From assembly GCA_040902925.1 (NCBI GenBank), contig JBBDWJ010000244.1, forward strand, positions 20,795-84,794: a stretch of 64,000 bases of DNA. Reading direction: 5' to 3'. Of the stretch, positions 20,345 through 28,263 are shown one piece after another. How positions within the stretch are numbered: the stretch's first letter is position 1; every line of letters starts with the position of its first letter. The translations under genes were made by a program, and so were the position numbers. The DNA comes from Bryobacterales bacterium (GTDB lineage: Bacteria; Acidobacteriota; Terriglobia; Bryobacterales; UBA6623). Below the pieces are notes generated by a model. The model was not told where the DNA came from, did no database searches, and was given only the letters and a program-made list of their open reading frames with translations.

Positions 20345-20908
20345 TCACCGATCCACCAACTCCGCCATCGCAAAAACCCGGTCAAACGGGCAGTTGTGCT
20401 TCTGCTCGATCGCCTCGCGCCCTCCTTGTTCCCGATCGACAAGGCAAAGCGCGCCAAGGACTTCCATGCCCGCCTCCCGCGACACCTCGATCGCTTGAAT
20501 GGTCGATCCGCCCGTCGTACAGACGTCGTCGACAATGACGACTTTCCTGCCGGCCGGGTCGTCGATGCCTTCAATGAATTTCTGACGCCCGTGCTTTTTC
20601 GCTTCTTTGCGGATCAGAAAAGCGTTGATGGGCGAGGCGGAGTCGAGCGACTCGCGAGCAACGGCGGTGACGACCGGGTCGGCCCCCATCGTAAGGCCGC
20701 CCACCACGTCTGGCATCCAACCCCGTTCCCGCATTTTGGCCAGCATCAGCCGCCCGATCAACGGCATCGCTTCCGCCCGCAGCGTGGTCAGCCGGCAATC
20801 CACATACAGATTGCTGCGCTGCCCCGAGGCGAGCACAAAGTCTCCAAAACGCACCGAGTGGGTCTTGAGGATCTGTTTCAGGCTTTCGCGGTCCTGTGGA
20901 TTGCTCAA
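20345..20908 (-). CDS. pyrE: Orotate phosphoribosyltransferase
   Basis: The N-terminal region reads FGDFVLASGQRSNLYVDCR. The PRPP-binding loop is VVIVDDVCTTGGSTIQAIE. Confidence 0.93.
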   Translation of the reverse strand: MSNPQDRESLKQILKTHSVRFGDFVLASGQRSNLYVDCRLTTLRAEAMPLIGRLMLAKMRERGWMPDVVGGLTMGADPVVTAVARESLDSASPINAFLIRKEAKKHGRQKFIEGIDDPAGRKVVIVDDVCTTGGSTIQAIEVSREAGMEVLGALCLVDREQGGREAIEQKHNCPFDRVFAMAELVDR

Positions 20909-21039
20909 ACTCTGTCTCTCCTGGATGCTCAGCGGGTATTCTCACACACGGAAAGGATTGGCCGTGCACGGCAGACTACCCCGGAGCGCCACAGACAATC
21001 TTTATGTGCTCCACAGACAGGTTTGTCTGTGCTGCTGGA

Positions 21040-22170
21040 TCAGCCTCTGAGCTCTTCCGGGATCTCCGCCACATAAACCTGAGTATGTCCGCTGCGGTCG
21101 CTGGCGAAGGCGACCATCGTCTCGTCCGGCGAAAGCGAGGGATGAGGGTGAGTCCATTGCGGTCCGTAGACCGAATCCGTTGCCATTTCCATCCAGCTCA
21201 GGGCCTTGCCTTTCTCGCCGGCGGACTTGGCGGCTTCCCAATCCTCGGCCAACGCGTATCGCGACCGCCGCCATTGGCTTCCCTGGTTGGAACTCTGCGC
21301 CATGCAGATAGTGCGGCTTTCTCCGGTGGCGACGTCGATCAGTTGCAGACCGATGTCGGGATGGTTGGTGTCGCACAGAACCTTCGTGCCGGCGCGGTTG
21401 GGCGAGATATGCCAGGCGTTGAGCTCGGCGATGGTGGTGATGCGCCGGGTCTTCCAATCCATGCGCTTGAGCGCTTTGGGCCACACGGTAAACACCAGAT
21501 CGCCGGTCGAGCCCAGAAACGTTTCGTGAACTACGAACTCTTCGTTGTCGTGGTCGTACAGGCATTCGAGCCCGCTGCCGTCGCGCCGCATGCGAAACAT
21601 ACGCGGCGCCGGGTCGGCCGCGAACTCGATCCACTCAGGATCGACGGGCGAGAATTGCGGGTGAATCACTGTTCTCGGGAAGGGAAAAAACCCCGCGCTA
21701 TCGCCCGAGGTTCTTCCGGCAACGATGCCCCACGCGCCGCGAAGGCGGCAAGCCGCCGTGAACCACGAGCCGTCCCCGCTGAGTGAGCATTCGCCAAGCT
21801 GGCCGTCGAACGCGGCGACCAGCCGCTCGGCAAGACTCTGGCGGTCGATTTCCCAGATCGAGCCGCCGCGGACAAAAAAAATACTTGCGCCCGACGAGGC
21901 CATGGCCGGCGAGAACGGATGGATCGGCTCGCCGCCGGTCAACTGCCGAATTTCGCCCTTGGGAAACCCGGCTTCAAAAAGCTGCGCTTGCCCGGTGCGA
22001 TAGGACGTAAACACGAGCGCCCGCTGGTCCGGCGGGAACGAGCTGTTCAGAAAGTAGGTGGGGTGGTTGATCGACGGATGGTTGGTTACCTGGTGGACGC
22101 GCGCCCCCGTGGCCTCGTCCACGAATGACGAAAGCTCCGAAGGATAGACAGCGCCTTTTGAAGTTTGCAT
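21040..22170 (-). CDS. Beta-propeller protein of the oligogalacturonate-lyase / TolB-like family
   Basis: The N-terminus FVDEATGARVHQVTNHPSINHPTYFLNSSFPPDQRALVFTSYRTGQAQLF resembles the Ogl family. The C-terminus has a PD40-like SLSPDETMVAFASDRSGHTQVYV. Confidence 0.6.
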   Translation of the reverse strand: MQTSKGAVYPSELSSFVDEATGARVHQVTNHPSINHPTYFLNSSFPPDQRALVFTSYRTGQAQLFEAGFPKGEIRQLTGGEPIHPFSPAMASSGASIFFVRGGSIWEIDRQSLAERLVAAFDGQLGECSLSGDGSWFTAACRLRGAWGIVAGRTSGDSAGFFPFPRTVIHPQFSPVDPEWIEFAADPAPRMFRMRRDGSGLECLYDHDNEEFVVHETFLGSTGDLVFTVWPKALKRMDWKTRRITTIAELNAWHISPNRAGTKVLCDTNHPDIGLQLIDVATGESRTICMAQSSNQGSQWRRSRYALAEDWEAAKSAGEKGKALSWMEMATDSVYGPQWTHPHPSLSPDETMVAFASDRSGHTQVYVAEIPEELRG

Positions 22171-22212
22171 GTGTGCCAGACACCTACTGCCGCACCGGCC
22201 GGCCTGATCCCA

Positions 22213-22513
22213 TCACTGGCCTGGCGTTCCCGAACTCCCGGCGCGAAGCGCGTCAACTGCCTGCCCTTTTCTTTCCAGGGTCGAGGGCGCGTGGTCCGGA
22301 GCCGCGGGTCGCGGTTCGGAAACCGGGGCGAGCACGTCGCCAATGAGGGTTTTGTGCGAGTTGCCGACCCACCCACCTGACGCCGTCAAGCCGCGAGAGC
22401 GGCTCCGGGCTGCGCTGCGCGTAGCAGCCAGTCACCAGGATTTCCGCGGCGGGGTTTTCGCGATGGATGCGGCAGACGGCCGTCCAACCAGCCGCTTTCC
22501 GGCCACCGGAAAT
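22213..22513 (-). pseudogene. Relic of a MiaB/MtaB-type radical-SAM methylthiotransferase (N-terminal-domain fragment, frameshifted and truncated)
   Basis: Hand translation of the minus strand gives ...AVCRIHRENPAAEILVTGCYAQRSPEPLSRLDGVRWV. After a 1-nt frame change it continues VGNSHKTLIGDVLAPV... until TGA at 22213-22215. The first frame is closed upstream by TAG at 22514-22516. No start codon and no radical-SAM CxxxCxxC core are present. Confidence 0.55.
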
Positions 22514-22540
22514 CTACTATGCCACAATAGGAAGGGCCGT

Positions 22541-22575
22541 CAACAACAAACCCCCGGGGGTCGCCCGGGGGCCGT
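22541..22575 (-). terminator. Intrinsic terminator of rpsU
   Basis: The minus strand reads GGCCCCCGGGCGACCCCCGGGGG followed by TTTGTTGTTG. It lies about 45 nt downstream of the rpsU stop. Confidence 0.55.
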
Positions 22576-22619
22576 TGAAGTTTGCTGAATATCGCCGGAA
22601 AACCGGGTGCAATGCTTAG

Positions 22620-22817
22620 CTAGTCGGAGTCCCGCCGCATCTTCTTGCGGCTGCGTTTCCTGGCCAGCGCCTGCTTCATGCGGCGCTTCTCGCCAGGCTT
22701 CAGATAGTACGAATGGCGCTTCACTTCTTTGATGATGTCTTCCTGCTGAACTTTTCGTTTGAAACGCCGCAGCGCGGCGTCGAGTGATTCGCCATCATTT
22801 ACGCGTACTTCAGCCAA
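22620..22817 (-). CDS. rpsU: 30S ribosomal protein S21
   Basis: The protein reads (L/M)AEVRVNDGESLDAALRRFKRKVQQEDIIKEVKRHSYYLKPGEKRRMKQALARKRSRKKMRRDSD. The probable TTG start at 22817 is preceded by GGAGGTGTATTGC. The remainder of track ORF 22620..23711 is antisense to glgC. Confidence 0.9.
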   Translation of the reverse strand: MAEVRVNDGESLDAALRRFKRKVQQEDIIKEVKRHSYYLKPGEKRRMKQALARKRSRKKMRRDSD

Positions 22818-23015
22818 GCAATACACCTCCCAACTGTGGACGGATTCCTGGGGTGCCGAAGAGAAATAGACTGGAAGTCGTCTTCCCCGAGCGTCTTCGC
22901 ATTTTACACCAGATAATATCGGTAAGCCAGCGACGCTTGGGAAGGCTGCCGAGCGGAAACCAGGTCTCGGCCTCGCTAAGTGGCCCCGAGAGTCTCTGGA
23001 AGAGGTGACGGATTG

Positions 23016-24296
23016 ATGACCGAAGTTCTCGCCGTGATGTTGGCCGGCGGTGTCGGGGAGCGCTTGTACCCCCTCACCAGGGAGGTCGCCAAGCCGGCGG
23101 TCCCGTTCGGCGGGATCTACCGCATCATCGATATCACACTTTCCAATTGCATCAACGCGGGCCTGCGCAAGATCTACATCCTCACGCAGTACAAGGCGAT
23201 CACCCTCAACCGGCACATTCGCCGCACCTGGAACATCGTCTCGCCCGAGTTGGACGAGTTCATCGAGGTCCTGCCGCCCACCAAGCGCATCAGCGAAGAC
23301 TGGTATCTTGGCACGGCCAACGCCGTCTACCAGAACTCGCAGAGCGTCGCCGTCGAGGGTCTTCCCTTCACGCTTGTGCTGTCGGCGGATCACGTCTATA
23401 AGATGAACTATCAAAACATGCTCGATTGGCACGTCGAGCATGGCGCCGACCTCACCGTAGCCACGACGCAGGTCTCGCCGTCCGAGGCCGATCAATTCGG
23501 CATCGTCGACATCGACGCCGGCCTGCGCATTCAGGGTTTTGAGGAAAAGCCCAAGCACGGCCAGCCGATGCGCTCGCGGTTCAACCCCCAGATGTGCAGC
23601 GCGTCGATGGGGATCTATCTTTTCAACACCGCCACCCTGATCGAGGAGCTCGAGGCCGACAACGCGCTCGAAGGCTCCTCCCACGATTTCGGCAAAGACG
23701 TGCTGCCCCAAATGATCGCCGGCGGCCGCAAAGTCCTCGCCTACGACTTTGTCGACGAGAACCGCACCGACATCCGCTACTGGCGCGACATCGGGACGCT
23801 GGACGCCTTCTATGAAGCCAATATGGATCTAGTGGCCGTCTCACCCGTCTTCAACCTCTACGACGACAAATGGCCGATCCGGAGCGCGCAATGGACCTAT
23901 CCGCCGGCGAAATTCGTCTTCGCCGAAGAAGGCCGCCGGATGGGCGTCGGGGTGAACTCGATGGTCTGCGCCGGCTGCATCATCTCGGGCGGCCGGGTCG
24001 TCAACAGCATCCTGTCGCCGGGGGTTCGCGTCCACAGCTACTCCGAGGTCGAGTTCTCGATCCTGTTCCCGCACGTCAATATCGGCCGCCATAGCCGCAT
24101 CCGCCGCGCCATCATCGACACCGACCTCACCATCGAGGAACACACCGAGATCGGCTTCGACCCCGAGGCGGACCGGCGCGCCGGCCACTTCGTCACCGAG
24201 TCCGGCATCGTCATCGTGCACGCCGATTCCCCCAATGTTCAGAAAAAACCGAACGGCGGCGAGCGCCAGGACCGCTTTCTGCAAGCATCCCGTTAA
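23016..24296 (+). CDS. glgC: Glucose-1-phosphate adenylyltransferase
   Basis: The N-terminus reads MTEVLAVMLAGGVGERLYPLTREVAKPAVPFGGIYRIIDITLSNCINAG. YWRDIGT and a left-handed beta-helix C-terminus follow. The ATG at 23016 was confirmed. Confidence 0.93.
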   Translation: MTEVLAVMLAGGVGERLYPLTREVAKPAVPFGGIYRIIDITLSNCINAGLRKIYILTQYKAITLNRHIRRTWNIVSPELDEFIEVLPPTKRISEDWYLGTANAVYQNSQSVAVEGLPFTLVLSADHVYKMNYQNMLDWHVEHGADLTVATTQVSPSEADQFGIVDIDAGLRIQGFEEKPKHGQPMRSRFNPQMCSASMGIYLFNTATLIEELEADNALEGSSHDFGKDVLPQMIAGGRKVLAYDFVDENRTDIRYWRDIGTLDAFYEANMDLVAVSPVFNLYDDKWPIRSAQWTYPPAKFVFAEEGRRMGVGVNSMVCAGCIISGGRVVNSILSPGVRVHSYSEVEFSILFPHVNIGRHSRIRRAIIDTDLTIEEHTEIGFDPEADRRAGHFVTESGIVIVHADSPNVQKKPNGGERQDRFLQASR

Positions 24297-24458
24297 CCAC
24301 CCCAGTCGAGGGGAAAGCCAGGACCACCAGGTTCGGGAATCCCCACTTGTCTTTAAAATTCAATATAATATCGTCGGAAGCTGATTCATTTCCCCACCGT
24401 TGGCGGCGGATTTTTTCGCAGGGACGAACTCCGGGGAGCGTCAGGGTGTTGCGTTTCT

Positions 24459-25388
24459 ATGGCAGTCACGGCACGCCAGCACATCAAACGCATGCGGGGA
24501 GGCGCCAACGCCCACCTGATGCTGGCCGCCGACAATGCCTATTACGTCATCAAGTTTCGCAACAACCCGCAGCACCCGCGTGTCCTGGTCAACGAGCTGA
24601 TCTGTTACGTTCTGCTCTCCTATTTGCAGCTCCCCGTCCCGGATTGGGAGATCGTCGAGGTGCCCGCCAGGCTGCTGGAAATATCGCCTGAGCTGGTGAT
24701 GGAAGCCGGCCGCTCGGTACGCCGCTGTGAGCCGGGGCTTCATTTTGGGTCCCGCTATCCGGTGGATCCGTTGCGGCAGGCGGTTTACGACTACCTGCCC
24801 CTTTCCCTGCTGCGAGTCGTGCTGAATGCCGATAGTTTCTGCGGGATGCTGGCCTTCGACAAGTGGGTTAGCAACGCCAACGGCCGCCAGGCGGTTTTTT
24901 TTCGGGACCGCGCGCGCCGCTGGCTGCCGGCCGTGGAAGCAGTTTCGCTGCATCCCTCGCTGGCGGCGAGTTCGTCATCGATGGGACCCGGAATTCCGCC
25001 GCGGCCCGGAATTTCGCCGCGCTCGCTGGTCTACGTGGCGGCGATGATCGACCACGGCTTCGCTTTTGAGGCGCAGAACTGGTCGTTCTCGGACTCCCCC
25101 GAGCGCGGTCTTTATAGCCGCCGCGAGGTCTACGAGCGGGTCCGCGGTTTCGCCGCCTTCGAGCCTTGGCTCGACCGCATTTGCCATTGCTCGAGCAGCG
25201 TGCTCGACGATGTCTATAAGAAAGTGCCCCCCCAATGGCACGGCGGCGAATGGGACAGCCTCGAGGCGCTGCTCGAGCAGCTTTACCGCCGCCGCAGCCG
25301 GGTTCCCGACCTCGTGCGCGACGCCAAGAACGCCGGCCGCGATCCGTTCCCCAATTGGTCGACGGCCGCAACGGCGGTGGCGCGGTGA
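24459..25388 (+). CDS. HipA-like (PI3/4-kinase-fold) putative Ser/Thr kinase, partner of DUF3037
   Basis: The N-terminus IKRMRGGANAHLMLAADNAYYVIKFRNNPQHPRVLVNELICYVLLSYLQLPVP matches my memory of the HipA-like kinase family that neighbours DUF3037. Later motifs are FDKWVSNANGRQ and MIDHGFAF. A Pro/Ser-rich insertion of about 40 aa lies between them. Confidence 0.6.
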   Translation: MAVTARQHIKRMRGGANAHLMLAADNAYYVIKFRNNPQHPRVLVNELICYVLLSYLQLPVPDWEIVEVPARLLEISPELVMEAGRSVRRCEPGLHFGSRYPVDPLRQAVYDYLPLSLLRVVLNADSFCGMLAFDKWVSNANGRQAVFFRDRARRWLPAVEAVSLHPSLAASSSSMGPGIPPRPGISPRSLVYVAAMIDHGFAFEAQNWSFSDSPERGLYSRREVYERVRGFAAFEPWLDRICHCSSSVLDDVYKKVPPQWHGGEWDSLEALLEQLYRRRSRVPDLVRDAKNAGRDPFPNWSTAATAVAR

Positions 25389-25458
25389 TGGGGGGATGCA
25401 AAGGCAGGTGGGAGACAGGGCTTGTGAGGGCCGGTGCTTGGGAAACCGCGGGCGCGTG

Positions 25459-25546
25459 GCAAAGAAAAAAAGGCACGGAAGGCGCAAGGCAAAAGGCAAA
25501 GTGCAAAAGGAAAAAGGCAAAATTGGAGAGAGAGAGAGAGAGAGAA
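25459..25546. repeat. Polypurine tract with reiterated AAGGCAAA-like units and a (GA)10 microsatellite
   Basis: The tract reads ggcaaagaaaaaaaggcacggaaggcgcaaggcaaaaggcaaagtgcaaaaggaaaaaggcaaaattg. It ends with gagagagagagagagagaga at 25526-25545. It fills much of the 183-bp spacer between the kinase and DUF3037 ORFs. Confidence 0.9.
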
Positions 25547-25571
25547 CAGGCCGGGGATACGGAGGTGAGCG

Positions 25572-26375
25572 ATGGCGGAAACCGTGGGATCGGCGATCGA
25601 TTACCGGTTCGAGCTTCTGCGCTACGTACCGAACGTAGTCGCGGGCGAGGCGTTCAATATCGGCGTGTTGCTGTATGACGGCGCGGGGCGGCTGCTCGAT
25701 GCGCGCTTTGCCCAGGAATTCCGGCGTCTGAAGTGTCACCCGCTGGTCGACTTCGATTATCTGCACGCGCTGCGCAACGAGTTCGAGGACAGGCGTCTGA
25801 CCGGAGAAGGCTTTTCCGACTACGTTACCGGGTTGAAGAAAAACCTGTCGAACAGTTTGCAGATTTCCACCGCCACGGCCTTGCGCGGCGAAAGCGCGGT
25901 TGCGGAGATCGAGCGGCTGTTTTCGAGCTACGTGGCGACTCCGGTCCCCGCGGACAGGGAGACCGGGGACCCCGAACCGCAGCCCGGCAGCCGGCGCGCT
26001 CTGAAGCGCCGCATGGACGACGCCTTCCGCAGCCATCAACTGTTCGCCAATGGCGACCGCCTGCGCCCCGACGCGCGCGTTAGCTACGGCAGCGCGCGGC
26101 TGCAATTCAGCTTTGACTACGCCTACCAGCCCGACGACGCCACACGCTACGTGCACGGCCTGGCTCTCAACGAGGAGATCCACCGCGCCGAGAAGCTGTG
26201 TTTTGTGTATGACCGCCTGCGCGGACGCCAGCCCGGGATCGGCCTGACGGTGGTGCTGGACGACGGCGTCCAGGACGATGTGAAGCAGTTGCTCGAGTCC
26301 AGCGAGGCCACGACGTGGGAAATCGGGCGTGTCGATGAGCTGGCGTTCGCAATCCGCACAGAGATGGGCCTCTAA
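25572..26375 (+). CDS. DUF3037 domain-containing protein
   Basis: The N-terminus MAETVGSAIDYRFELLRYVPNVVAGEAFNIGVLLYDGAG has the Y..l.RyvP....GE..NiGvvl signature I associate with DUF3037. The Shine-Dalgarno GGAGG ends 6 nt before the ATG. Confidence 0.65.
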   Translation: MAETVGSAIDYRFELLRYVPNVVAGEAFNIGVLLYDGAGRLLDARFAQEFRRLKCHPLVDFDYLHALRNEFEDRRLTGEGFSDYVTGLKKNLSNSLQISTATALRGESAVAEIERLFSSYVATPVPADRETGDPEPQPGSRRALKRRMDDAFRSHQLFANGDRLRPDARVSYGSARLQFSFDYAYQPDDATRYVHGLALNEEIHRAEKLCFVYDRLRGRQPGIGLTVVLDDGVQDDVKQLLESSEATTWEIGRVDELAFAIRTEMGL

Positions 26376-26485
26376 GGCGCTGCTGCGGCCAATCGCCCGG
26401 GTGCGTGCTCCAGGCGTAGTTTCACCCGCCAAAACGCTGCCGGCCGGAGCCTCACGGCATTGGAAATCCACGCTAAGATGGGGCC

Positions 26486-28153
26486 ATGAAGCGCCTTTTC
26501 AAGTTGCTGTTAGGCGTCGTCATTGGCTTCGCGGCCCTGATGCTTCTGTCGGGCCTGGCGATCCGGGCGATGCTGTCGGGCTCGGCCAGCAAAGCGGTTT
26601 TGGCCTCCCTGGAATCGCGCCTCCAAGCCCCCGTTGCGATCGAGCGCGGCGACTTCGACTTGGCGCGTTGGTTCCGCTTTACGCCTGCTGTCACCCTGTA
26701 CGGCTTTTCGGTCGGCAACCCGCCGGGCTTTACGTCCGGCAACATGCTCGAAGCCGAGGAGGTCGCGGCCGAAGTTTCGCTGCTGTCGCTGTTCTCCGAT
26801 CGCATCGTGATTCATAGCGTCGTCCTTCGCCGGCCTCGATTCATCCTGGAGACTAACGCGGCGGGGCAAAGCAATCTTAGCGCCCTGTTCCCGTCATCCT
26901 CCGAGCCGGCGGCGGAATCGGAGCCCGGCGCCTCGCCGACCACGCTCGCCATCCACAGCCTCTATCTCGAGGACGGCACGGTGCGCTACATCGAATCCGG
27001 CGGCGCCGAGCCGCTTACCGTCGAGGGAATCGCGCTGCAGTTGACCGACTTCGCACCAGACTCGAGCTGCCGCTTCGAGTTGCAGGGGCGGCTTTTCGGC
27101 GCCGAGCATTGCCGGCTTCAATTTGCGGGGAACGCCGGGCCGTTCGGAGAAGCCTCGATTCCGGCCACCGGAGACCTGGACCTGGAACTCGCTCCCATCG
27201 AGATCCCCGCCGCCATTCGGCAAAAGTACTTCGGAACGGTATTGGCCGACCCTGGCGACGCCAGCCGCGTACGCCTTTCCGCGAACGTCGGTGGCGATCT
27301 GTTTGCCGAGCTGCGCGGCAAGGGGGAGCTGAATTTCGCGGAATTTCAGGTCGGCCCCGATGCGGAGAACCGCCTCGGGCTCGAGGGCCAGGCGCCCCTG
27401 GAGTTAAACGTCAATCACCTGTTGGGCGAGCCGGCTGTTCACCTGAACGCCTCTGGCGCGTCGTTGCGTATCGGTAGCGGCGAGTGGCAGGGCAAGAGCG
27501 AATTCCACTTCGCCAAATCGCAGTTCAAGGGCTACCTGAACGGCGCGATTCGCGACGTCGACATCGACCAGTTGCTGAGCGCCTTCTCCGACGCGAAAGG
27601 GACCATCTTCGGAACCGCCCAGATTCCTGACCTGCAACTCAGCTTCGCCGGAGGCGATCCCGACACGCTTCTCAATTCGCTTTCCGGGCGCGGCACGATC
27701 GCGATGGAAGACGGCCGCATCGCCGCGCTCGACATCTTCAACTCCGTGATCAGCCAGGCGGAAAAGATGCTCAGCGGCGAGATCGCGGCGCCGGGCGAGA
27801 CCAAGTTTGTGCGCCTGTTCAGCCAGTGGCAAATCGGCAGCCGCCGGCTCCAGCTCAGCGAGATTTTGCTCGAGAGCGGGGCCTCGGCGCTTTCCGGCGC
27901 CGGCACCATGAGCTTCGATCACGAGCTCAATTTCGATCTGCAAACAACCATCAGCGGGCCGGTCGCGGCCAAGCTTGGCGGCAAGCCGAATGCCCAGGGA
28001 ATCCCCGTGGCGCCGGTCCCGGTGAAGGTCAGCGGAACGCTGGAGGCTCCCAAGGTGCGGCCCGATCTGGGACGCGTGGCCAAGCAGCAGGTGAAAGAAC
28101 GAGTCACCGACCTGCTGGATTCGCTGTTCAAAAAACGCGACCCGCAGCCGTAA
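26486..28153 (+). CDS. asmA: AsmA-family outer-membrane biogenesis protein
   Basis: An N-terminal anchor MKRLFKLLLGVVIGFAALMLLSGLAI is present. An AsmA-type N-domain follows (...IHSVVLRRPRFILETNAAGQSNLSAL), and the C-terminus is AsmA_2-like. Confidence 0.75.
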   Translation: MKRLFKLLLGVVIGFAALMLLSGLAIRAMLSGSASKAVLASLESRLQAPVAIERGDFDLARWFRFTPAVTLYGFSVGNPPGFTSGNMLEAEEVAAEVSLLSLFSDRIVIHSVVLRRPRFILETNAAGQSNLSALFPSSSEPAAESEPGASPTTLAIHSLYLEDGTVRYIESGGAEPLTVEGIALQLTDFAPDSSCRFELQGRLFGAEHCRLQFAGNAGPFGEASIPATGDLDLELAPIEIPAAIRQKYFGTVLADPGDASRVRLSANVGGDLFAELRGKGELNFAEFQVGPDAENRLGLEGQAPLELNVNHLLGEPAVHLNASGASLRIGSGEWQGKSEFHFAKSQFKGYLNGAIRDVDIDQLLSAFSDAKGTIFGTAQIPDLQLSFAGGDPDTLLNSLSGRGTIAMEDGRIAALDIFNSVISQAEKMLSGEIAAPGETKFVRLFSQWQIGSRRLQLSEILLESGASALSGAGTMSFDHELNFDLQTTISGPVAAKLGGKPNAQGIPVAPVPVKVSGTLEAPKVRPDLGRVAKQQVKERVTDLLDSLFKKRDPQP

Positions 28154-28263
28154 CACGGGCAGCGGTATTCACTGGTCGAACCGATGCAGGCTCTTGATTC
28201 GATGATCGGGCGGCTGTCCCCTCGCGATGCTCGCGAACCGGCGGCGGCGCCGTCCCTACCGAA

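Noticed and set aside
20212-20538. Track ORF translating the 8-bp repeat as PINGSTDQRINGSTDQ (a repeat protein).
   Set aside because: The ORF runs antisense into pyrE and has an implausible composition. The repeat is better explained as intergenic tandem DNA.
22818-23711. The upstream 297 codons of track ORF 22620..23711 (363 aa).
   Set aside because: Only the last 65 codons (ribosomal protein S21, TTG start at 22817 with an SD) are credible. The rest is antisense to glgC.
24341-24369. A full sigma-70 promoter upstream of the HipA-like kinase (TTGTCT ... TATAAT).
   Set aside because: The -10 hexamer is perfect, but the only TTG-containing -35 candidate is 11 nt away instead of 16-18 nt. I report only the AT-rich region and the -10 within the cassette finding.
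20289-25546. A CRISPR-array check of the tandem repeats at 20289-20344 and 25459-25546.
   Set aside because: The repeat units are 2-8 bp with no unique spacers, and no cas genes are present. These are simple tandem repeats, not CRISPR arrays.
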